From positions 64,001-128,000 of the forward strand of contig CAWKKR010000006.1 in NCBI GenBank assembly GCA_963850305.1: a DNA stretch of 64,000 nt, given 5' to 3'. How positions within the stretch are numbered: position 1 is the first letter of the stretch; every line of letters begins with the position of its first letter. Below the pieces are notes generated by a model that saw only the letters and a list, made by a program, of their open reading frames with translations, ran no database searches and was not told the DNA's origin. The DNA is from an uncultured delta proteobacterium. Its GTDB lineage: Bacteria; Myxococcota_A; Polyangia; Polyangiales; Polyangiaceae. Of this stretch, positions 32,884-42,677 are shown one piece after another. Made by a program: the position numbers and the translations under genes.

Positions 32884-35446
32884 TCACTCGTACAGGACGG
32901 CGCTGGTGACGTCGGTGCGCGCGGCCCGGTACGCGGGGATCCCTCCTGCGAGCGCGGACGTTGCGAGGACGAGGCCTGAAATCCGGCCGGCGCTCGCCCA
33001 GGGGAAGACGTAATAGAGGTGCCACCCGGTGTCCGAGAGCAGCACGGTCTTCAAGAAAACGAGACATTGCACCACCCCGAGACCCACGCCGGCCACCATT
33101 CCGCAAAACCCGAGGAAACCTGCCTCGACCACTATCGACAACGCTACTTGTCGTGACGTGGCCCCGATCGCCCGTAGCATGCCGATCTCCCGCGCCCTGT
33201 CGAGGACGGCTGCAATCATCGTGCCCGCGATGCCCATCAGCGCGATGAAGAGCGTCACGATCTCGACGGATCGCGAGTAGGAAAACGTTTCGGTGAGCGA
33301 ATCGGAAAGGCTACTCTTGATGCTCTCGGTTTTCGTGACGAAGACCGCGTCACCTCCTCCGAGGGTGGCGCGAATTCCGTCGGCGACGGTGTCTACGTTG
33401 GCCCCCGGAGCGAGGTAGACGTTCACCGCGTCCACCGCCTGGTCAGCCCAGTATTTCAAAAATTCGCTTCGATCGATGAACGCCGCCCCTCGCTCGGACG
33501 TGTAATCCACGATCACGGCGCGAATGTCGAAGGTGACGCGCCCCTGCGGTGTCGCCAGCGACACCGTGTCGCCGGCGTGGAGCCCAAGGCGTCGCGCGGC
33601 GCTCTCGCCGAGCAAGAGCCGCGGCGCGGAGCTGAGATCGCCTTTGTGCAATGGGGCGCCATCCACGACGGGCCAGCGCTTACCGCGCAGGCCGGCCTCC
33701 CCGATGAACTCGTTGGTATCGGTTGCAACGAGCTTGATCGACTTGCCCATGACATCCTGATCGACGAGCCGGAACCGCTGGACCGCCGCCACGCCAGGTA
33801 CCCGGGCGATCTCGTCCGGGGCTTCGGGGCTCAGGAGGACGTGACGCCGATCGAGAATGGGTGAACCGGCCGTGACGCTCAGGTCGGAGACGCTCATTTG
33901 ATCGAACCAGTCGCCGATGGACCGCTCGAACGACGAGATCCAGCCGCCGACCGAGACGCTCATGCTTACCGCGACCATCAGCGCCAGCACGTTCACGGTG
34001 CTCCGTCCCAGGGTGCGTTCCACGTAGTCGAGGCCAAGCCTGCCCGGAAGCCCGAGTACGCGCTCGACCGTACCAACGATGGCCCATCTGACGAACACGA
34101 CGATCGCGGGAGTCGCGAATGCGGCCCCCACGACGGCCGACGTGAGCGCAATGGCCCCACCCATGATGGACGTTCCGAGAACCGGCAACCAGGACCCGGC
34201 GAGAAACACGACGCCGACTCCGAGAAGACGCAGGTAAGGTACCTGCGATCGTTCGAATCGAGGACGCGCCGCGCAGCACGATGGCTGGGTCGAGAGAGGC
34301 TCCACGACGCGCCGGCCAGATGGCGGCGACGACCGCCGTGCAGAGTCCCGCGACGGCTCCTTTCGCGGCGAGGGCCAGCGTCAGGTGCGGTTCGACGGGC
34401 GCAACGGACACGAAGAGACGGTTCAGGGCGTCCAGCATCCGCGCCGTGGAAAAGTGAGCGAGAGTTCGGGCAAGGACGAGCCCCAACCCCACGCCCGGGA
34501 TCGCCAGCAGGCACGCCTCCAGACAGAACAAGAGTACCGTGCGATTTCGCGTGATCCCGAGTGCGCGGAGGACGCCTATTTCGCGCCGCCGTTGAACGAT
34601 GGCGATGCCGACGGCGTTGTAAACGAGAAACGCCCCCACGAGCAGCGAGATGTACCCGGACAGCTTCAGTGCCGAGCGAAGGGGCAAGGTGAGTGCGCGA
34701 AGGCGCGCCCCGAGCCGGTCCGGCTTCTCGACGGTGAATCCACCGCCGATCTTCTGCTGGATGCGATCCGCGAGTGCCCCGAGATCGGTACCGGGATCGG
34801 CCGCGACGTCGATGCGGTCCACGAACGTGCCCCGCGCGAACGACTCCTCCGCGGCGTCTATGAACATGACGGCAACCTGTCCTCCGAACGACGCTGCAGG
34901 CCCCGTGTCTTCGAGAACGCCGCGCACGTGAAACTCCTTGGGTCCGTTGGCCGTGAGCAAGCGAAGCCGGCTGCCCTTGGAGAGACCGTGCCGAGAGGCA
35001 AACCGCGCCGACACGAGCAACGCGGTCGGATCGTTGACGAAGGCGAGAGGGTCTTCGATCGCTCGGGTGTCGCCCTCCTTGACGTTGAACGGCAAGAAGT
35101 GGAGGTCCCCGAGGAAGTCGACCCCGAGAACCAGGAGGGACTCGCCGAAGTCGGGGGCCTGGGTGGTCACCTCGAGGCTGGCGGCCGCGTGGGCGACGCC
35201 GGGCACGTCCGCAATCGTGGCGACCAGATCCGCCGGAACCCCGACGCCCGCGCTCTGAACCGTCAGATCGGCGCGACCGGAGACTCGTGCGACGATCTCC
35301 GCGAACGCGGCCATCATGCTTTGCGCCGTCGCTTCGGTGGCCACGAACAGGGCGACGCCGAGACCGATACCGATGACGACGAGTACGGAGCGCAGGGGCG
35401 CCCGCGTCCAGTGACGAAGGCTGATCTCACGAAGTAGGGCGAACAT
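32884..35446 (-). CDS. FtsX/MacB-type double-domain ABC permease (AttF/AttG-like); apparent frameshift near 34256
   Basis: RSVLVVIGIGLGVAL, RRREIGVLRALG, RAREIGMLRAIGAT, PAYRAAR; deleting one T joins both ORFs (..ASSIERSQVP..). Confidence 0.85.
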
Positions 35447-35936
35447 CGCGGCGGTGGATGAGGGCCGAGAGAACGACGAACGGCGCCACCAGAGCGCCTT
35501 CGATCGCGGAGAGACTGGTCTTCAATTCGATGAACGAAAAGCGGGGCAGGGCCGTCGCGCCGGAGAGAGCCAGCGCGGCCAGCACCGGGCCCGCGAAGAA
35601 CGGCATCGAGACCAGGCCGAGGACCATCGCACGGCCAAGCAGACCGCGCCGCTGGAGCGCCAGGATGCCGAGGACATCGGTCGCGACGTCAGGTGGAATG
35701 ATGCGACCGCGTGCCACGTCGAGCTTGGCTTGGAGGGCGGCGCCGAGGCAAGTGCCGAACGCGACGCCGAAGGCCGTCGCCAGGACGTCCGGAAAAACGC
35801 CGGGCGCCTTCCAGACGGGAAACGCAACGAGCCCGCGCGTGGCGAGCCATCCGAGCCCGCCATTTATCAGGCCGTTGACGACCCCCGAACCGATGGCGCT
35901 GTCGACGAAGAGATAACGACGGTGCTCAGGGGACAT
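35427..35936 (-). CDS. Hypothetical membrane protein (about 4 TM)
   Basis: Hydrophobic segments; overlaps both neighbouring genes in the operon. Confidence 0.6.
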   Translation of the reverse strand: MSPEHRRYLFVDSAIGSGVVNGLINGGLGWLATRGLVAFPVWKAPGVFPDVLATAFGVAFGTCLGAALQAKLDVARGRIIPPDVATDVLGILALQRRGLLGRAMVLGLVSMPFFAGPVLAALALSGATALPRFSFIELKTSLSAIEGALVAPFVVLSALIHRRDVRPTS

Positions 35937-36837
35937 CGCGGTGCGACCTTCCCGCCGCATCCGAAGTGCGGAACATGTACTGGATATCCGTGTGTCGATC
36001 GAAGAAATAGCCGAACAGCGCGAGAAATAGAGTCTGCGGGGTGAACAGCCGCAGCGGCGTACGTATGGGCTCCGTGATGAGATCGAAGCAGTCGTCGTTG
36101 CAGCGGACGTAGTGAAGGACGAATCGCGGATTCATCGTGGGCACGAGCGTGTTGTTGAACATCGTCGAATAAAATCGCTCCGTCTTCCACCCGAGCGCTT
36201 CCGCGGCGGTCTGGAGCGCGACCGCCGAGAAAATATGGCGGTGATACGGCTGGTGCAGCGTGTGGATGAAGTCGTTCGCGCGGCTGAGATCGATCGCCGC
36301 GGCGTCCGGCGTCCCGAGCGATACCAGCCCGCCTGGTTCGACCATTCGATCGAACGTACGGAGCAGCTCCAGAGGCTCCGCGACGTGCTCGATGACATCT
36401 TGCGAGATGATGCAGTCGTACCGCTGTTCGAGCACGCTCGGATCCCGGAATGCTGCAGCGTACTCGTCGTAGCCCGTCGCGTTTTCGTACCCCTTCGAGC
36501 GGAGATAAAGGACCAGGCTGCCCGAGCCCGAGCCGTAGTCCAGTATGCGGTGTTCCGGCAACAGCCCGGCCTTCTTCAGACGCCGAAGCATGCTGCCGTA
36601 GACTACATCGAGCTTCCAATCGAGATTCGCGGCGAAGATCGGATAGCACGCGTAGTAGTGCGGAAGATCGACGTCGTCGGTCGCGTGGATCGAACTGCAC
36701 GCCGGACAGCGCCAGAGCCCGAACGGCTCTTCACGAAAGCGCCGGACGTTGGAGCACACTTCCGCGCGCTCGCAATCCGACGTCGACGCGACGCGCGCGC
36801 CGCAGATGTTGCACACGAACTTCGCGGGGTCCGTCAC
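35926..36837 (-). CDS. Class I SAM-dependent methyltransferase (paralog 2)
   Basis: CNIC..WRCPAC, ILDYGSGSG, YDCIISQDVIEHV; closely similar to 30160..31041. Confidence 0.85.
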   Translation of the reverse strand: MTDPAKFVCNICGARVASTSDCERAEVCSNVRRFREEPFGLWRCPACSSIHATDDVDLPHYYACYPIFAANLDWKLDVVYGSMLRRLKKAGLLPEHRILDYGSGSGSLVLYLRSKGYENATGYDEYAAAFRDPSVLEQRYDCIISQDVIEHVAEPLELLRTFDRMVEPGGLVSLGTPDAAAIDLSRANDFIHTLHQPYHRHIFSAVALQTAAEALGWKTERFYSTMFNNTLVPTMNPRFVLHYVRCNDDCFDLITEPIRTPLRLFTPQTLFLALFGYFFDRHTDIQYMFRTSDAAGRSHRDVP

Positions 36838-37514
36838 GAGGACATTGCCTCATCGCGAACGAGGGCTCCGTCGGCCATCGTCAACGTGCGGTCGCCCTTC
36901 CTCGCAACGGCGGGATCATGCGTGACGAGAACCACCGTCCGGTGCGCATCGACGGCCCCGCGGAGAAGTTCGAGGATCGACGCGCCGGTCGTCGAGTCCA
37001 GGTTTCCGGTGGGCTCGTCCGCCAGGAGCAGCGGAGGATCCATCATGAGTGCACGCGCGATCGCCACGCGCTGCATCTCTCCGCCGGACAGCTCGTCCGG
37101 GCGGTGCGTTCCCCGCGCCGTGAGCCCCACGCGCTCCAGCAATTCGCTCGCTCTGGCCCTGGTCGCCGTGCCCGGGCGCCCGGCAAGGCGCGCGGGGAGT
37201 GCGATGTTTTCGAGCGCCGTAAGCGTCGGAAGCAAGTTGAAGAACTGAAACACGAACCCGATGCGATCCCGTCGCGTGTACGTGCGCTCGTCATCGGACA
37301 TCTTGCCGAGGTCGCGCCCCTCGAGCAACACGGCGCCCGAGGTCGGGCGATCGAGCGCGCCCATCAGATTGAGGAGCGTGCTCTTCCCCGAGCCGCTCGC
37401 GCCGACGATGGTGACCAGGGTACCCGGCAGGACGTCGACCGAAACGTCGCGGACGGCGGCCACGGCCTTCCCGCCCGAGCCATATGCGCGGGACACGCTC
37501 TTCAAGCTGATCAT
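36834..37514 (-). CDS. LolD/AttE-like ABC transporter ATP-binding protein
   Basis: GASGSGKST, GFVFQFFNLL, LSGGEMQRVAIARAL, ADEPTGNLD, VTHD. Confidence 0.92.
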   Translation of the reverse strand: MISLKSVSRAYGSGGKAVAAVRDVSVDVLPGTLVTIVGASGSGKSTLLNLMGALDRPTSGAVLLEGRDLGKMSDDERTYTRRDRIGFVFQFFNLLPTLTALENIALPARLAGRPGTATRARASELLERVGLTARGTHRPDELSGGEMQRVAIARALMMDPPLLLADEPTGNLDSTTGASILELLRGAVDAHRTVVLVTHDPAVARKGDRTLTMADGALVRDEAMSS

Positions 37515-37793
37515 GAGTTTGGGGCGACGTCCGGAACAGGCATGCCGGTGGTGGGCGGGTTCCGCCAAGACTTTCGCATCGGCAGGGCTGGTTGAGGCGA
37601 AAAACGTTTCGTAAAAGCGGACGATGGCACGTCGCCTGTCACGCTGCGAGGCCCTTCGTTAGGCGGCGCTTGGCGCGCTTTCCACCGTTCCTCGCCGGTC
37701 GCTCGAACACCAGCAGATCGAGCGGCGTAATGGACGCGGGCGGGACACTGCCGCCGCTCGTCCACGACCGGCGTCGCGGCTTTCAGATCACCG

Positions 37794-39038
37794 TCAGACG
37801 TCGGTTGCGTGCAGATCGTCGACGCGGCGAAGCTCGGGGAAGAGCCAGGCCCAGATGGCCACCACGATGCAGGTGCCGATGCCGCCGATCACGACCGACG
37901 GTACGGTGCCCCAGAGCGCTGCCGTGACCCCCGACTCGAACTCGCCGAGCTCGTTGGACGCGCCGATGAACACCACGTTGACCGCGCTGACGCGCCCTCG
38001 CATCTCCGGAGGCGTCTTGATCTGAACGACCGTGTGCCGCACGACGACACTGACCAGATCCGCGGCCCCGAGAACCACGAGCGCGGCGAGCGACAGCCCG
38101 AAGCTCCTCGACACCCCGAACAGGATGGTCGATAGCCCGAACAGGCCCACACACGCGAACAAGATGAGCCCCGCCCGGCGCCGCATCGGACGATAGGCGA
38201 GAAACACCGCCGTCAGTGCGGCGCCGACGGCGGGAGCGCTTCGGAGTGCGCCGAGGCCGGAGGGGCCCACGTGCAGGATGTCGCGCGCGTAGACCGGGAG
38301 CAGCGCCGTCGCGCCGCCGAGGAGGACGGCGAAGAGATCCAGCGAGATGGAGCCGAGCACGACCTTCTTTCTCCAGACGTACTCCACCCCGGCAAGCACG
38401 GAGCGAAGCGTCCGGTCGCTCTTCGCTGCCCGCGCGGGGATGGCGCGGATCGCCCCGTACGCCAGGAACGCGGCGCCGAACAGGAGCGCGGCCGTGGCGT
38501 ATGCGAGCTTCGCGCCGCCCCAGGCGTAGGTGAGTCCGCCGACGGCCGGGCCCACGATGATCGCGACTTGGAATGCCGAAGAGCCCCAGGCGATGGCGTT
38601 GCCCAGGTGCTCGATCGGTACGAGGTCTGGCATCAGCGCTTGCCCCGCCGGCCCGGCGAGGCCACGCGCACACCCGAAGAGAATCAGGACACCGTAGATC
38701 GGCTTCACCGCGAGCGGCGCGACGACGAACGCCGCGAGCAGCGCTCCCGCGGTGACGACATAGGCCGCCTGGCACGCGGCAAGAATCACCCGTCGATCGA
38801 GTCGATCCGCGAGGTGACCGGCAGGCAACGCGAGCGCGAACGCCGGCACGAACTGCGCGAGCCCCACGTATCCGAGGTCGAGCGGGCGTCGCGTGACGTC
38901 GTAGACGTGCCAGCCCACGGCGACCGACAGAATCTGGGTGCCGACGACGCCGGCAAACCGTGCGGCCTGATAAAGTCGGAAATCGCGATAGCGAAGGGCC
39001 GCGCTCGGCGATGAACGCGTCACATCTGGGCCGTCCAT
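37794..39038 (-). CDS. MFS transporter (DHA3/EntS-like)
   Basis: ALRYRDFRLY, GHLADRLDRR motif A, SLDLFAVLLGGATALLPVYARDIL, MRGRVSA. Confidence 0.9.
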   Translation of the reverse strand: MDGPDVTRSSPSAALRYRDFRLYQAARFAGVVGTQILSVAVGWHVYDVTRRPLDLGYVGLAQFVPAFALALPAGHLADRLDRRVILAACQAAYVVTAGALLAAFVVAPLAVKPIYGVLILFGCARGLAGPAGQALMPDLVPIEHLGNAIAWGSSAFQVAIIVGPAVGGLTYAWGGAKLAYATAALLFGAAFLAYGAIRAIPARAAKSDRTLRSVLAGVEYVWRKKVVLGSISLDLFAVLLGGATALLPVYARDILHVGPSGLGALRSAPAVGAALTAVFLAYRPMRRRAGLILFACVGLFGLSTILFGVSRSFGLSLAALVVLGAADLVSVVVRHTVVQIKTPPEMRGRVSAVNVVFIGASNELGEFESGVTAALWGTVPSVVIGGIGTCIVVAIWAWLFPELRRVDDLHATDV

Positions 39039-39049
39039 GAGCGCGCGCT

Positions 39050-39586
39050 CTACTAACAAAGGGGGGCCTTGCCCCCCGCGGCTTGCTTCGCAACCGCTCC
39101 CCCCGCCGCCTTCGGCGTGCTCGCTGCGCTCGTTTCGTAATGGGGGCCTTGCCCCCGCGGCTCGCTTCGCGACCGCTCCCCCGCCGCCTTCGGCGTGCTC
39201 GCTGCGCTCGTTTCGTAATGGGGGCCTTGCCCCCGCGGCTCGCTTCGCGACCGCTCCCCCGCCGCCTTCGGCGTGCTCGCTGCGCTCGTTTCGTAATGGG
39301 GGCCTTGCCCCCGCGGCTCGCTTCGCGACCGCTCCCCCGCCGCCTTCGGCGTGCTCGCTGCGCTCGTTTCGTAATGGGGGCCTTGCCCCCGCGGCTCGCT
39401 TCGCGACCGCTCCCCCGCCGCCTTCGGCGTGCTCGCTGCGCTCGTTTCGTAATGGGGGCCTTGCCCCCGCGGCTCGCTTCGCGACCGCTCCCCCGCCGCC
39501 TTCGGCGTGCTCGCTGCGCTCGCGTAGTTCCGCACCTCTTTGATCCCTCGGGGACGACGCTGCTCGTCGATGCGGAACTATTAACA
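39050..39586. repeat. 138-bp structured element with 6 tandem copies of a 78-bp internal unit
   Basis: Units start at about 39061, 39142, 39220, 39298, 39376 and 39454; bounded by CTACTAACA/CTATTAACA 528 bp apart (138+5x78). Confidence 0.92.
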
Positions 39587-39627
39587 CGGGCCGCGTCGGC
39601 GCGCGGCCCCCGGTGAACGAGGTTACT

Positions 39628-40692
39628 TCAGCGGCAGAGCGCGTGCTTCTTCAGGAGTCGGTAGAGATGACCACGCGCGATCCCCGCCTGACGGGCGGCG
39701 AGCGTCATGTTCCCCTGGGAGCGTTCGAGCACTTGCCGGAGGTATTCTGCCTCCCATTCGCCGAGGAGCGCGTCCTTTGCTTCCTTGAACGTCTTCCATT
39801 CGGCCTTCAGCCGATGCGTGCCGGACCTCGCCGACGGGTTTTCGACGCGGAGGATGTCCAGGCCCAGACAATCAGTGGCCGGATCGACGCACATCGCTCT
39901 CTGAATGACGCTGGCAAGCTCGCGCAGATTGCCGGGCCATTCGTACCGCGTGAGAACCTCGAGCGCGTCACCTGCGATCATCGGCGCGGGTCGGCCCTGC
40001 GCGCGTGCGAAATCCGCGATGACGTCGCGGACCAGCAGCGCGATGTCATCGGCGCGCTCACGCAGCGGCGGCATCTCGATGCGCGTCGCGAACAGTCGCT
40101 CCGACGCTTCCAGCCTCGACGTGCCGGACGCCGTCGTCGGCTGAAGCTCCAGCGATGTGGACGCAATGATGCGGACATCGCCGGATACGCTGCTAGGAAA
40201 GGGGGGCCTTGGCCCCCCGCGGCTCGCTTCGCGACCGCTCCCCCCGCCGCCTTCGGCGTGCTCGCTCCGCTCGCGTAGTTCCCCACCGCTTTCATCCCTC
40301 GGGGACGACGCGCGCGTCGATGCGGACCTGCTGACGAGCTCGAGGCGCCGCCCGACGATTCTCGACAGCAGGGGCTCGCTCTTCGTGAGCAACTCGCCGA
40401 TCTCGTCGAGAAAGAGCGTGCCGCCCGTCGCCTGGCGCTTCTTCTCCAGGACCTCGAGCTCGCGCGCCGCCGGCTCTATACTGCCGAGCTCGCACACGAC
40501 GAACGGGCCACCGGCGCGCGCCGACGCTCGATGGATCGCCGCAGCGAGCTCCGCCTTGCCGGTTCCGGGCTCGCCGGAGATGAGCACCGCCGTATCGAGT
40601 TCTGCGGCCTTGTCGCGTTGCGCGCGCAGTTGCTCCGCGCGCCAGCTCGTTCCACGGAAAATGAGGGTGTCGTTGTCGCTGTTTGCTTCCAT
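39628..40692 (-). CDS. NtrC/sigma54-type AAA+ activator-like protein with Fis HTH, lacking GAFTGA, carrying an in-frame 46-aa insertion
   Basis: GEPGTGKA, GGTLFLDEIGEL, MPPLRERADDI, WPGNLREL, GNMTLAARQAGIARGHLYRLLKKH. Confidence 0.8.
   Translation of the reverse strand: MEANSDNDTLIFRGTSWRAEQLRAQRDKAAELDTAVLISGEPGTGKAELAAAIHRASARAGGPFVVCELGSIEPAARELEVLEKKRQATGGTLFLDEIGELLTKSEPLLSRIVGRRLELVSRSASTRASSPRDESGGELRERSEHAEGGGGSGREASRGGPRPPFPSSVSGDVRIIASTSLELQPTTASGTSRLEASERLFATRIEMPPLRERADDIALLVRDVIADFARAQGRPAPMIAGDALEVLTRYEWPGNLRELASVIQRAMCVDPATDCLGLDILRVENPSARSGTHRLKAEWKTFKEAKDALLGEWEAEYLRQVLERSQGNMTLAARQAGIARGHLYRLLKKHALCR
40190..40332. mobile_element. Monomeric copy of the 138-bp palindromic element (MITE/REP-like), intragenic and in frame
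   Basis: Closely similar to the 39050 element; flanked by CTGCT direct repeats at 40190-40194 and 40328-40332. Confidence 0.75.
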
Positions 40693-40969
40693 TGGCCTTC
40701 CACGAGAGGGCTCACCAGCGGCGAGCGGGGACGGAGGCGTTCACCGGTGGCCCATGGCCGACTGGCTTCACGCTTCCCGGACGGAGCGAAGTCTACGAAA
40801 AGGGAAGTCGAGCTTCAGCGATGATCGTTCGCGAGGGCGATCGGCAATCTCCGCGGAAGCGTGAAGCCTCGGCGCATCCCTATTTAGCGGGTCGCCAGGA
40901 ACTGTCCAGTCGATGAGAATGCTTTTTCGACCGACGCGAGCCGACGGACCGAACGGAGTCGGGCGTTCG

Positions 40970-42577
40970 TCACGGTGGCGTCGTGGCCCGACGCATCAAT
41001 TCGTCGAACACGCGGTCGCGGGCGACGGTACCCGTGTTGACCAGCGCTCGAGCCTCGGCGAGCGAGGCGTCGATGATTTCGGCGAAGGCCTCGGCGGGCT
41101 GCGCGCCGACCAGGCGCCGTCCATTGATGAAGAAATGCGGCGTTCCCGCCGCGCCGAACGCTTGCGCGACGCGCATGTCGGCGTCGATCACCGGCGCGTC
41201 CAGGTCGCCCGCGATCGCGGTTCGGACAGTCGGCCAATCGAGGTGCAATCCGACCGCGATCCGCTCGAGGTCCGATTCTCCGAGTCTGGGCTCGCTCGCG
41301 TAGATCAGGTCGACGGCCCTCCAGAACCCAGCGTCGCCCAGCTTCTTTCGGGCTTCGATCGCGAGAGTGGCGGCCGGGCGCGAGCGATCGTGAAACGGGA
41401 GAGGAAGGTGCTTGAACACGACGCGAAGGTCCGCGCCGTACTTCTGCTCCAGCGCCGCGAGCGTCGGCTGGACGCGCTTGCAGAACGGGCACTGGAAGTC
41501 CGAAAACTCGATGACGGTCACCAGTGCGTCCCGGGGCCCGAGCACCGGCGAGTCCCCGACGGGCACGTTCCAGACGGTCGTGTCCGGGGCGTCGGCTGCT
41601 TCGGGCGCCTGATAGTTCCGTTTCGTTCGCGCCGAGTAAACGTCGGCGGGCTTCATGCCGTTCGCAACCAGGAGCCGGCCTTCCGCAAGCTCGCGCTCGA
41701 TCGGTCCAGTGAACTCGATGGCAGGCACCGCCCCCGAGATCGGAATGCCGTTGATCAGAAATCCCGGGGTCCCGTCGATGCCCAGACGGTTCGCGAGCGT
41801 GACGTCCGCATCCACTCGCGCGACGACTTCCGGCGACTGCGCGCGGGCTTCGAGGGCAGCCGGCGCGACGCCATAGGCCGCCGCGACTCGCTCCAGGTCC
41901 TCGGCGTCGAGGTGCGACTGATCGCCGAAGAGAGCGCCGACGAACCCGAAGAACGCAGACGGTCCCGCGAGGTCCATCACCGCTCGAGCGGCTCGCGCCG
42001 CGGGCGCCGCGTGAGGATGAAAGGGAAGCGGATCGTGCTTGAAGACGATGCGGAGCTGTTCGGGGCCGTAGTGCGCCTGCAGTGTGGCGAGCGTCGGCTG
42101 CACGCGCGCGCAAAAGGGGCACTCGAGATCCGAGAACTCCACGATCGTCACCGGAGCCGTCGCGTCGCCCCACGTCGCATCGTCGGCGAGGATCGGCACG
42201 GGCGAATCGGGTGCGCTCGTCGCCGCTCCGACGGGCTGCGGCGCGACGGCGACGGTTGCCGGCGACCGCGCCGGGGCCACCGCTTGCGATGCCGGAGCTC
42301 CTGCCGCGCGCGCTCGTGGCGCGACGCATCCCGTCGTCGACCCGCAGAGGATCAGCGCAAGCGTGCCCGAGCGGGACGCGCGGACCCACGCTGCGGGCTC
42401 CCTTCGCGGGGAGCCCGACGGCTGGCGCCGGAGCAAGGGGTCCTTCCGTGACCGTCGGAAATCCGATAAGCCCTGGCTGCCGGGCGACTCGCGGGTCGCG
42501 GACACGAAGAGAAACACCGTGCGAATACCTTCCTTCCCGGGGGCGCAGCCGGGCAGCCTAGTCGCCTCGTACTTCAA
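40970..42577 (-). CDS. Tandem DsbA/thioredoxin-domain protein (true start probably downstream of 42577)
   Basis: EFSDLECPFC..KHDPLPFH..GTPGFLING and EFSDFQCPFC..KHLPLPFH..GTPHFFING. Confidence 0.85.
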   Translation of the reverse strand: MKYEATRLPGCAPGKEGIRTVFLFVSATRESPGSQGLSDFRRSRKDPLLRRQPSGSPRREPAAWVRASRSGTLALILCGSTTGCVAPRARAAGAPASQAVAPARSPATVAVAPQPVGAATSAPDSPVPILADDATWGDATAPVTIVEFSDLECPFCARVQPTLATLQAHYGPEQLRIVFKHDPLPFHPHAAPAARAARAVMDLAGPSAFFGFVGALFGDQSHLDAEDLERVAAAYGVAPAALEARAQSPEVVARVDADVTLANRLGIDGTPGFLINGIPISGAVPAIEFTGPIERELAEGRLLVANGMKPADVYSARTKRNYQAPEAADAPDTTVWNVPVGDSPVLGPRDALVTVIEFSDFQCPFCKRVQPTLAALEQKYGADLRVVFKHLPLPFHDRSRPAATLAIEARKKLGDAGFWRAVDLIYASEPRLGESDLERIAVGLHLDWPTVRTAIAGDLDAPVIDADMRVAQAFGAAGTPHFFINGRRLVGAQPAEAFAEIIDASLAEARALVNTGTVARDRVFDELMRRATTPP

Positions 42578-42677
42578 TCGGGGGGCAAAGACGCTTGCGC
42601 GTCTCTAGCAGATGCCGGCCCTTCTCGGGCCTCACCCGTTGTCGGCTCGACTCGAGTGGGAGTCGCGGTAGCCGGTA

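Noticed and set aside
39061..39522. CRISPR array
   Set aside because: Units 2-6 are essentially identical with no unique spacers, and no cas genes are in the window.
39037..39616. Repeat proteins, or a 183-aa N-terminal extension of the MFS, from ORFs crossing the 78-bp array
   Set aside because: Open frames follow from a GC-rich unit whose length is a multiple of 3; MFS similarity begins at about 39038.
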